From a virus (Duplodnaviria; Caudoviricetes): a stretch of 59,971 nucleotides of DNA. Shown piece after piece: positions 37,029 to 44,746 of the stretch. Positions within the stretch are counted from its first letter, which is position 1. Each line of letters begins with the position of its first letter. The translations under genes and the position numbers were made by a program. Below the pieces are notes generated by a model, which saw nothing but the letters and a program-made list of their open reading frames with translations, did not search any database and was not told where the DNA came from. The stretch spans positions 1 through 59,971 of the IMG/VR virus record IMGVR_UViG_3300025769_000114. One strand, written 5' to 3'.

Positions 37029-37041
37029 AACTATTACTCCG

Positions 37042-37923
37042 TTAATCCCATAGGCCAGTGAGGTTATCCACAATGGACTTGGCAGTGTCAGCAACAGCCT
37101 TGCGCTCAGTCTTGGACTCGCGCAGCTTGGCTGGGTCTAGGTCTGCAAGCTTGGTCAGCAGGGCGTTGCCAGCTTGGGTCAGCTTGGGGTCACCCGTGAT
37201 GTTAAGGCTGGGCAGCACAGCAGCCAGTTCCTCAATCTTTTCGACAGTGTTGTCGGTGAACTTGCTCGCACGCTTGGCACCGTCAGCCTTGATGCCGTGA
37301 CGCTCTAAGCCGTCGATCAGAGCCTGTAAGGTATCGACTACACGCTCATGCACAGACTCAGCAGCAGCCTCGACGCGCTGAGTGATACGGGCCTCGGTGT
37401 CGGCCTTTATCTTGGCAATCTTTTCTGCGGGTAGGTTGACTCTGATATCGCCAGAATCAGGCATAGCGCGAAGCTCATAGCTGAACTGGTACTTGCTAAT
37501 GATGTACTCAGGCGAGGGGTAGTCGTTAATGTCGAAAGACAAGCCGGAGTTGATTGCAGCATCTTTAAGAATTTTAGGCCACTCGCGCACGACCTCGCGC
37601 TTTAGCTCTTCTGCATAGTCAACTTTCTTGATCCACTCAGCCTCAAAGGTTTCGATGTTCTCGACAGGCATAAGCCTGACCCCATCTTCCCAAGGTACGC
37701 TCAGCGGGTTGAGGACTGTATTGCGTAGTTGCCCAACAATCCTACTCAAAGCTTTGATTGGCGCGGCCTCTAAAAGCCGTCGTGTAACGGTGAAGCTTTT
37801 CGGGTTGCCCTGTTGGCGAGCGGCCACATCAGCAGACAGTTCTGCGTCTCTTGTTTTGTTAGCGAACTTGGTGATTGTTGCTGTAACCAGCATTGCGTTG
37901 TTTTGGATCTTATCCATAGTCAT
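37042..37923 (-). CDS. Conserved helical protein between AAA and vWA genes (DUF3150-like)
   Basis: PW..GVRL.P, DYPS, LNITGDP.L; GGAG SD at ATG 37923. Confidence 0.65.
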   Translation of the reverse strand: MTMDKIQNNAMLVTATITKFANKTRDAELSADVAARQQGNPKSFTVTRRLLEAAPIKALSRIVGQLRNTVLNPLSVPWEDGVRLMPVENIETFEAEWIKKVDYAEELKREVVREWPKILKDAAINSGLSFDINDYPSPEYIISKYQFSYELRAMPDSGDIRVNLPAEKIAKIKADTEARITQRVEAAAESVHERVVDTLQALIDGLERHGIKADGAKRASKFTDNTVEKIEELAAVLPSLNITGDPKLTQAGNALLTKLADLDPAKLRESKTERKAVADTAKSIVDNLTGLWD

Positions 37924-37941
37924 TGACTCCGAAATAGTAAA

Positions 37942-37955
37942 GGGGCCGAAGCCCC
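37942..37955 (-). terminator. GGGGC-UUCG-GCCCC hairpin followed by UUUACUAUUU
   Basis: Immediately after the AAA stop codon. Confidence 0.55.
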
Positions 37956-37963
37956 GTTGGGGT

Positions 37964-39055
37964 TTAGCGAGTGGCCTTGTGGGCCACATACTCAGGGGTT
38001 GATAGCAGGTCTGCATCGCGGCGCGTTGCCAGCGCCCAGAACACCTCGACCAGTTCTTCGTTGATGCGCTTGAGAACAACCACTGCATTGCCAAGGTTGT
38101 CAGTGGTCACCCGTGCAGCCAGCGCAGCGGTCACTGCATACTGAGTAGTGATCTCATTCGGCAGCGGCACGTTGTGCGGATCTGACAGAAACAAGTTGAT
38201 GTCTGGCAGGTTACGCATGGTGCGGACAAACGCCATAAACTCAGCGGCAGCGCCGAATCCTACGGCACCCTCAATGGCGATCTGCTCAAGATCAGCAGGT
38301 AAATCGTCACTGAGAATGTCAGACACTGATTGCCAGCCGCGAGGTGTAGCGATAGCCACCCTGTCTTTAGGTGTGCCGCCATCGGGGAACTCGTGAATGA
38401 GTCCGGCCTGATCACCTGATGCCTCACCGCGAAACTTCAGGAACGCAACCACAAGCGGGTTAGCGCCAGTGTCTGCAAGGTAGTCGCTGGTCTCAGCAGC
38501 GGACGGCACAACATCCAAGTGATACTTGAATCTTGTACTTACGGCAGCGTCGATGCGGCCAGACACACCAGCACCGTCATTGGGTCGATTAGATGCAGCG
38601 ATAACAAACCAGCCCTTGGGCAGGATGTAGTCGCCAAGCCGACCATCGTTTAGTAGCTGGTAAGACGCGAATTGCGCTGATTGAGTGCCAAGCATTAGCT
38701 CATCCATAAGCAAGCAGCCCTCTGGGCCGTCGCGCTCCACGTTGGGTAGCCATGATGGCGTAGACCATTCGGTTGTGGATGCTTCGCCGTCGCCGCTGAT
38801 GTACGGGACACCGCGAGTATCGACTGCATCCAACTGTGACAGGCGTACATCAATCAGGCCTATCGGTCTGTCGAGAGTCTTGGAAAGCTTTTCCATAGCC
38901 TGACGGACGATTGAGGACTTAGCTGCCGCGTAGATGCCCCACAGAAATATAGGCAACTGGCGCTTGTCGCTAGACAGTTGAGAGGTCGCATGTGCGAGTA
39001 TTAGTTGTGCAGCCTGTGAAGGGCTGACTTTCGGTGCGTTTATTGATTTAGTCAT
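37964..39055 (-). CDS. MoxR-like AAA+ ATPase with atypical Walker A
   Basis: IFLWGIYAAAKS, IDVRLSQ.D..D.RG.P, LLMDEL, IAASNR, ATPRGW. Confidence 0.88.
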   Translation of the reverse strand: MTKSINAPKVSPSQAAQLILAHATSQLSSDKRQLPIFLWGIYAAAKSSIVRQAMEKLSKTLDRPIGLIDVRLSQLDAVDTRGVPYISGDGEASTTEWSTPSWLPNVERDGPEGCLLMDELMLGTQSAQFASYQLLNDGRLGDYILPKGWFVIAASNRPNDGAGVSGRIDAAVSTRFKYHLDVVPSAAETSDYLADTGANPLVVAFLKFRGEASGDQAGLIHEFPDGGTPKDRVAIATPRGWQSVSDILSDDLPADLEQIAIEGAVGFGAAAEFMAFVRTMRNLPDINLFLSDPHNVPLPNEITTQYAVTAALAARVTTDNLGNAVVVLKRINEELVEVFWALATRRDADLLSTPEYVAHKATR

Positions 39056-39090
39056 AACTAGTCAATGCTCCAAAGTTAAGGTTGTTGGTT

Positions 39091-39151
39091 ATCCAAGACC
39101 GCCCAGAGGGCGGTTTCACGCTGGTCACCAGCCAGCACTCGTCAGTTGGAT
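39091..39151 (-). ncRNA. Type I hammerhead ribozyme HH1
   Basis: AUCCAA CUGACGA GUGCUGG cugguga CCAGCGU GAAA CCGCCC ucu GGGCG GUC UUGGAU: full core and three stems; predicted cleavage between 39097 and 39096. Confidence 0.92.
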
Positions 39152-39360
39152 TAGGTCTCTAGGGTTGCAGCAGGGTCGAACTTCCATTGATCTGCAAGCT
39201 TGTAATAGAGGCGAGCAAACTGTTTGCGCTTTGCAATGTTGAACGATGGAGTCTCAACATGGGGGTTGCGGTCTCCATCCGCCTTTGCCAGCGCCTCAAG
39301 CAAATCCAATACCTCAGATCGGGCTTGTTCTTGCGGTGTGTGTCCGTACTTGTTTCTCAT
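39151..39360 (-). CDS. Hypothetical early protein
   Basis: GGAG SD; stop codon abuts HH1. Confidence 0.7.
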   Translation of the reverse strand: MRNKYGHTPQEQARSEVLDLLEALAKADGDRNPHVETPSFNIAKRKQFARLYYKLADQWKFDPAATLET

Positions 39361-39385
39361 TGGTTATGCTCCGTAGTTGGAATGG

Positions 39386-39634
39386 TTAGTCAGAACCCCA
39401 AGGTCTGGCGTTCAGCTTTTTAAGTCGGGCACCAGACACCGTGGCATCCATGACGGCACCTGACCAAGCACGATTGGTTAGCTCTACCAAATGCTCGCCG
39501 TTGTGGCCTTTCCAGAATGCGGTGCCTGTTGTTACCCATGTCTGATGCTTGAGTCCTTTAACTGGCACAACCACATCGGTGTCCACTCTTATCTGTTGCT
39601 TTTCGTTCATCTTTATCCTCAGTCGGTTTTCCAA
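39386..39634 (-). CDS. Hypothetical early protein (start UUG 39634 or AUG 39610)
   Basis: Both candidate starts have SD-like sequences. Confidence 0.65.
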   Translation of the reverse strand: MENRLRIKMNEKQQIRVDTDVVVPVKGLKHQTWVTTGTAFWKGHNGEHLVELTNRAWSGAVMDATVSGARLKKLNARPWGSD

Positions 39635-39693
39635 GACCGTGCCTCCTACACGGTTTCACGCCACTAACCAAGCGGCACTCATCAGTTGGAAAA
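39627..39693 (-). ncRNA. Type I hammerhead ribozyme HH2
   Basis: UUUUCCAA CUGAUGA GUGCCGCU ugguu AGUGGCGU GAAA CCGUG uaggagg CACG GUC UUGGAAAA; predicted cleavage between 39635 and 39634. Confidence 0.92.
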
Positions 39694-39933
39694 GGTTAGG
39701 TTATCGGTGAACAGCTTGAGTTCTGCGTGTTCCCAGCGGTCTAGCCAATCGACCTGAGCCTTAACCTGCGGCCAGCGCAGGGTGTGGCCTGTCTGCTTTT
39801 CGTAGTCGGCAAGTATCTGATCGGACAACTTGCCAATGCTCAGAATCCATTGCAGCCGTTCACGGTTGCTCAGGTTGGTGCGGTCTAGGTTCTGCTTGAT
39901 GTCATCAATGTCTGAGTTGTACTGCTCAATCAT
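39682..39933 (-). CDS. Hypothetical early protein
   Basis: ATGA coupling; its UGA stop is part of the HH2 core. Confidence 0.7.
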   Translation of the reverse strand: MIEQYNSDIDDIKQNLDRTNLSNRERLQWILSIGKLSDQILADYEKQTGHTLRWPQVKAQVDWLDRWEHAELKLFTDNLTFSN

Positions 39934-40328
39934 TTGGTGAGTCCCTCGTTGATTGCATAGTCGGCAGCTTGGTTGTATTGACGCATCTGCATATGCGCCC
40001 GATGCGCTGCTTCGTGCTTTTCAATGAAATCAACGGCAGCGATCATCTGCTTGGTCGCGTTCTCAAGCTCGCGGCGAGGCATGTATGACTCAAGCTCTAA
40101 AGCTTTGTCGTGCCATATCTCCTCTTGACGCAGATGGATTCTCCGCTTGGCAGCCATTGCACTGGTGTCCTGATCTCCCGCCCACTCAGCGGAGTCAACG
40201 TGGAAATCGACACGGCGTTGTGCCTTCACCCAATCAACGACGGTGCGCTGATGCTTGGGGTTGATAGCCTTGATTGCGTTCGCAACGGCCAAGTAATCAT
40301 CTATTTTTGGTTGCTGTTGTTTGGTCAT
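39930..40328 (-). CDS. Hypothetical early protein
   Basis: GGAGG SD; LES.MP.RE..N motif. Confidence 0.7.
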   Translation of the reverse strand: MTKQQQPKIDDYLAVANAIKAINPKHQRTVVDWVKAQRRVDFHVDSAEWAGDQDTSAMAAKRRIHLRQEEIWHDKALELESYMPRRELENATKQMIAAVDFIEKHEAAHRAHMQMRQYNQAADYAINEGLTK

Positions 40329-40330
40329 GG

Positions 40331-40477
40331 CTAGAAGCCTCCCATTGAGATAGCGCCGTGGGCGCGGGTTGTTGTTTTGATCTTGGCAACGATTGCACGC
40401 TTGCGTTCGATCAGTCGGTTAAGGAATAGGCGGCGGCGATTGTGTCGCAGTACCCGTTGTCGTTCTTGGTGTGTCAT
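40331..40477 (-). CDS. 48-aa Arg-rich peptide, candidate N-like antiterminator (absent from ORF track)
   Basis: MTHQERQRVLRHNRRRLFLNRLIERKR...; GGAG SD; first ORF of the operon. Confidence 0.6.
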   Translation of the reverse strand: MTHQERQRVLRHNRRRLFLNRLIERKRAIVAKIKTTTRAHGAISMGGF

Positions 40478-40489
40478 CACTCACTCCAT

Positions 40490-40865
40490 AGTTCAGTTCA
40501 TCAATAGCCACTCAGTAAGTGGTCATTGGTGAGCCGAAGCTCTGCCGCATCCCAGCTCGTTGGGCATTGTCAGGATCAAAGGCCGACTGAGTAGCATTGC
40601 CCTGTACAGGGACGAGCCTCACCCAGCCGTTCAACCTCAGACCTTCACCAATGCTTTAGTTCTGGCTGCTGCGGCAAACAGCGCGTGTCTTGGTCTGCAT
40701 GTGTGACTGCCCATTGATTGTCGGTACGGCACACTGCTCGCCTCTCACGCCCCAGAACATTTCCCCGTCTGGTAGGTGCATCCGATGCCGCATTGCCCAT
40801 TGATTGTCGGTACGAGCGGTGCATCCGGTGGATGGCGGGATTGGGTACGGCTCCCCGTCGCCGTT
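40490..40865 (-). ncRNA. Structured 5' leader of the early operon
   Basis: Multiple stems, a cUUCGg loop, a 21-nt tandem repeat in hairpin tips and a possible pseudoknot. Confidence 0.5.
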
Positions 40866-40871
40866 GAGTGG

Positions 40872-40901
40872 ATTATACGCACAGGTGAACGCAGTACGCA
40901 A
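40872..40901 (-). promoter_or_regulatory. Sigma70-type leftward early promoter
   Basis: TTGCGT-N18-TATAAT. Confidence 0.55.
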
Positions 40902-41330
40902 TACTCAGTAACCAATAAATGTTTAACGGTTGTAGATACAACGAATGGCTCAGAGAAAAATTACAGGGGCGTTGATGCAGGCCACGAGCAAAGTCGATTT
41001 GACTATTAGATGAAACGCGCACGCGAATAGCAGATAGCAGTACTCAATACAAGTATTGACAAGCAAATAAGTAGCAAATAGTCAGTAACGAGTAGAAAGT
41101 ACTTAGTAATCAACAACTTAGATACGAATTCCCGTCTAAGCGTTTTTCACGATGAACTGGTGCATATGTATGGCTTAGGCAAAACAGGCCTTAGAACGCA
41201 ATTCTGGGCGTCCTATCGGCAAGTGCGAAATGTCAAGCTTTATCTATGTACTGGTTACTGGGTACTGGTGGCAGACGGCCAAGCTGGGCGGCGGTATGAT
41301 TCCGGCAAACAGGCAGCACGGTATCGGAAC

Positions 41331-41804
41331 ATGGGCAAACCCAAGTCAGGACTCACAGCTAAACAGCGGCACTTTGCATTGGCATTGGGCAGCGGTGCAG
41401 GCATGACATTAAGTGATGCATACAGGGAGGCATACGATTGCAAGAATATGAGCGCGGCAGCCATCAGGACGGAAGCCAGCAGGCTTGCAGCGAACCCTGC
41501 CATTACCCTATTGATTGAGCAGCAAAGGGAGCGGACTCAGCGTGCAGCATCGGCCTCTGAGGTCGGAGACCGTGACCGTGTTTTACAGCGCCTGCGGCAG
41601 TGGATGGATGATGCCGAGCCTACCGATACAAACAAGCTGAAGGCTGCACAGCTACTTGGTCAGACCGTGGGCATGTTCAAGGATGTGGTAGAGACCAACA
41701 GCGGTGACCGTGCCAGCACCGAGGTAGCCGCCGAGATAGAACGACGCTTGGCAACACTGCAAGCAGCAGCCGAGCCTAAGCCTAAGCCTGACAGTCTGCA
41801 CTAG
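41331..41804 (+). CDS. terS: Terminase small subunit
   Basis: LTAKQRHFA...SDAYREAY...EASRL..NP.I...KAAQLLG..VGMF; upstream of terL. Confidence 0.85.
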   Translation: MGKPKSGLTAKQRHFALALGSGAGMTLSDAYREAYDCKNMSAAAIRTEASRLAANPAITLLIEQQRERTQRAASASEVGDRDRVLQRLRQWMDDAEPTDTNKLKAAQLLGQTVGMFKDVVETNSGDRASTEVAAEIERRLATLQAAAEPKPKPDSLH

Positions 41805-42120
41805 TGGCAACAGTACACCATACGCAAACGGTTACAGTACGCTGCACACAATACGCTAACCGTTGTACACCCCCTGCCTCTCAGCGAAATTGTCTATCAT
41901 TTTGCATACCCCTACCCCCCCTATAGCCAGTTGCGTGCCACCGTCTATATACATAGTAAAACGCTCAAATAATTACCTAAAAAATATATAGTCCGTAAAC
42001 AGTACGCAGTACACTTCCTTTTTTTGCAGGGAAATGCCCTAGGAATCCTAGTGCCTAAAAATTTTTCACAAAAAATTCAAGCCGGGTCTTGCCTCATCCT
42101 TGTCAAGTGTGTAACTTCTG

Positions 42121-42126
42121 TATAAT
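42121..42126 (+). promoter_or_regulatory. Possible -10 box of the late promoter
   Basis: Perfect TATAAT; TTGTCA 15 nt upstream (non-ideal spacing). Confidence 0.35.
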
Positions 42127-42141
42127 CAGTTATTCCTCTCT

Positions 42142-42273
42142 TAGGAATATGCCTAGGTAGGCATGTGCCGATTAGGCAAATGCCGATTAAGTAGATCCGT
42201 AAGTTTTTTTATATGGATTACTAAGTAGGTAGATTCCTAGGCTAGTCATATTCCTAAGCTAGGTATATTCCTA
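42142..42273. repeat. Array 2 of 14-bp imperfect palindromes
   Basis: Seven copies at 42142, 42158, 42173, 42188, 42226, 42243, 42260. Confidence 0.8.
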
Positions 42274-42283
42274 AGGGAGTTTT

Positions 42284-43795
42284 ATGTCGGTTCTTGACAG
42301 AGTAGACCCCAAACTTCTAAAGCAGATACCCAATCTTCCTGAGCATGAGCAGAGGGAGATACTTGCTCTCATAGAAGAGCTAGAAGAGGCTGAGGGTAAA
42401 GAGCAAGCCCGTGAAGGGTTTATGCCGTTTATTAAACGTGTGTGGCCTGCTTTCATTGAAGGGCGTCATCATAAGATCATGGGCGCTGCTTTTGAGCGGG
42501 TTGCCCGTGGTGAGTTGAAGCGGCTCATTATCAATATGCCGCCAAGGCACACTAAGTCTGAGTTTGCATCGTACTTACTCCCTGCTTGGTTTCTGGGTAA
42601 CTTCCCAGAGAAGAAGATCATTCAGACCGCACACACTGCTGAATTATCAGTGGGGTTTGGTCGTAAGGTTCGTAACCTAGTAGACAGTGATGATTACAAG
42701 AGCGTTTTCCCGAATCTAGGGTTACGCGCTGATTCAAAGGCTGCTGGACGGTGGAGTACTACTCAGGGCGGCGAATACTTCGCTATCGGTGTTGGCGGTG
42801 CTGTGACTGGTAAGGGCGCGGATCTTTTGATCATTGATGACCCTCACAGTGAGCAAGAAGGCCAAAGTGCCGATCCGGGCGTGTTTGATAAGGTTTACGA
42901 ATGGTATACCTCTGGGCCTAGACAGCGTCTACAGCCGGGAGGCGCGATCATTGTTGTAATGACACGCTGGCACAAGCGGGATCTTACTGGGCAGATCATC
43001 AAGTCTTCTGTTCAGCGGTCTGGTACAGATGAATGGGAGGTTATTGAGTTCCCTGCAATCATGCCGTCAGGCAAGTCGCTATGGCCTGAGTTCTGGCCTT
43101 TACCTGAGCTAGAGTCGCTTAGAAACGAATTACCAGCGCCCAAGTGGAACGCACAGTACCAACAGAACCCCACATCAGAAGAGGGCGCGTTGGTTAAGCG
43201 TGAATGGTGGCGCGAATGGGACAGTGATGTTCCGCCAGCTTGTGAGTTTATTATTCAGTCTTGGGATACGGCATTCCTCAAGACTCAGCGTTCAGACTTC
43301 TCAGCCTGTACAACGTGGGGCGTTTTTTACCACCCAGACGATACGGGCACTATGCAGGCAAACATAATCCTGCTGGACGCGCACAAAGAACGCCTAGAGT
43401 TCCCTGAGCTTAAAAAGAAAGCTTTTGAGTTATACGGCTACTGGGAACCAGATGCTTGTATCGTTGAAGCTAAAGCGGCAGGTACGCCGTTGATCTTTGA
43501 GTTACGGGCTATGGGCATCCCTGTTGCGGAATACACGCCGTCTAGGGGTAACGATAAGATTAGCCGTGTAAACGCGGTATCGGATCTATTTGCCTCTGGT
43601 AACGTGTGGCGGCCTAATACTAGGTTTGCAGAAGAGGTTGTAGAAGAGTTTGCATCGTTCCCTGCTGGTGAGCATGATGACCTTGTAGACTCATCTACAC
43701 AGGCGTTACTGCGGTTCAGACAGGGTGGGTTCTTACGATTACTCAGTGATGAAGAGGATGAGCCTTTTTATCCAAGAAAGGCCAGTTATTATTAA
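42284..43795 (+). CDS. terL: Terminase large subunit
   Basis: INMPPRHTKS, LIIDDP, VMTRW, QYQQNP, SWDTA, HDDLVDS. Confidence 0.95.
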   Translation: MSVLDRVDPKLLKQIPNLPEHEQREILALIEELEEAEGKEQAREGFMPFIKRVWPAFIEGRHHKIMGAAFERVARGELKRLIINMPPRHTKSEFASYLLPAWFLGNFPEKKIIQTAHTAELSVGFGRKVRNLVDSDDYKSVFPNLGLRADSKAAGRWSTTQGGEYFAIGVGGAVTGKGADLLIIDDPHSEQEGQSADPGVFDKVYEWYTSGPRQRLQPGGAIIVVMTRWHKRDLTGQIIKSSVQRSGTDEWEVIEFPAIMPSGKSLWPEFWPLPELESLRNELPAPKWNAQYQQNPTSEEGALVKREWWREWDSDVPPACEFIIQSWDTAFLKTQRSDFSACTTWGVFYHPDDTGTMQANIILLDAHKERLEFPELKKKAFELYGYWEPDACIVEAKAAGTPLIFELRAMGIPVAEYTPSRGNDKISRVNAVSDLFASGNVWRPNTRFAEEVVEEFASFPAGEHDDLVDSSTQALLRFRQGGFLRLLSDEEDEPFYPRKASYY

Positions 43796-44487
43796 TGCCA
43801 TATCTCCAAAGTAACATCCCGTACTTTAAGTGCTGGGTGAGAAAAGAGTACACGCATAACCATACGAAATATCATGGAGAGTTCCTTCATGCTATGGCGA
43901 TTGCGGTAACTACAATGCCTACAAGATGCTTGAGCTTTCAGGTTATCTTCACTGGGGCGGAAACCTACGACACTGATGAGCCGAATGTTCATGGTGGCGC
44001 AATGTGGGCAAGAATGCCGATAACGGCACTAGTTGCCGATACACCGTATGAAGAATGGCCTGAGCCGATGCCAGTGTGGGCTGCACAGCCTTGGGACTGT
44101 AGTTCTAGGGATCACAGCGTGTATGTGCTGGACAGGGCGACACCGTGTCCTTGGCTGGCAAAGATAGACGGCCAGTTCTACCCTGCAAAGTATTACTTCA
44201 CGGTAGATTACACCAACAACGAGATTGCAGATGACCCTGCTCAGCATAAGCAGAGCCATGTCATGGAGCTACTTGATGCTGGCCCGTACACGGGAAACAT
44301 CGTAGCTTTGCCGAATAATCGTGTTAGGGTGACTCACCCAGCGTGGTTTGAGACAGGAGAAGGTGCGCCTGACTTCAGGCCATCTCAACACATTCATTAC
44401 AGCAAATCAGACTTAGATTACACCTTAGACGTAAATCAGGTCTTTGATAACTTATATGCAGGAGACTCGCATGAAGATGAAGAGTAA
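43795..44487 (+). CDS. Conserved hypothetical phage protein
   Basis: TAATG coupling; GAMWARMPI, ALPNNRV motifs. Confidence 0.7.
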   Translation: MPYLQSNIPYFKCWVRKEYTHNHTKYHGEFLHAMAIAVTTMPTRCLSFQVIFTGAETYDTDEPNVHGGAMWARMPITALVADTPYEEWPEPMPVWAAQPWDCSSRDHSVYVLDRATPCPWLAKIDGQFYPAKYYFTVDYTNNEIADDPAQHKQSHVMELLDAGPYTGNIVALPNNRVRVTHPAWFETGEGAPDFRPSQHIHYSKSDLDYTLDVNQVFDNLYAGDSHEDEE

Positions 44488-44746
44488 AGGTTATAACCGA
44501 GGTGGTAAGACCAAGATGGGTATGGCTGGCGGCAAGAAAACCAAAATGGGTTACGCTGGCGGTAAGAAAACTAAACTGCCTATGGTTGAAAAGGATGGAA
44601 CGATGGTTCCGTTTTTTGCTGCTGATGGCAAAGGCAAAATGAAAGCTGGCGGCATGGTTCCTAAGACCAAGGGCTACTTCAAGGGTGGCAAGACCATGCA
44701 AAGCAAGATGGCTACCAAGGGCGGCAAGCGCGGCGGCAAAGGCTAA
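44471..44746 (+). CDS. Small basic protein with repeated (Y/M)-x-x-GG motifs
   Basis: GYNRGG, GMAGG, GYAGG, MKAGG, GYFKGG; AGGAG SD. Confidence 0.75.
   Translation: MKMKSKGYNRGGKTKMGMAGGKKTKMGYAGGKKTKLPMVEKDGTMVPFFAADGKGKMKAGGMVPKTKGYFKGGKTMQSKMATKGGKRGGKG

Noticed and set aside
40708-40814. Mini CRISPR array
   Set aside because: Only two 21-nt repeats 65 nt apart; the Cas4-like nuclease sits in a Sak/SSB recombination context and there are no other cas genes.
40656-40901. 81-aa minus-strand ORF
   Set aside because: Its TTG start is the putative -35 box, it has no SD, and it overlaps the structured leader.
42142-42273. CRISPR-like repeats
   Set aside because: Degenerate 14-bp units mostly separated by 1-3 nt, with no spacers.
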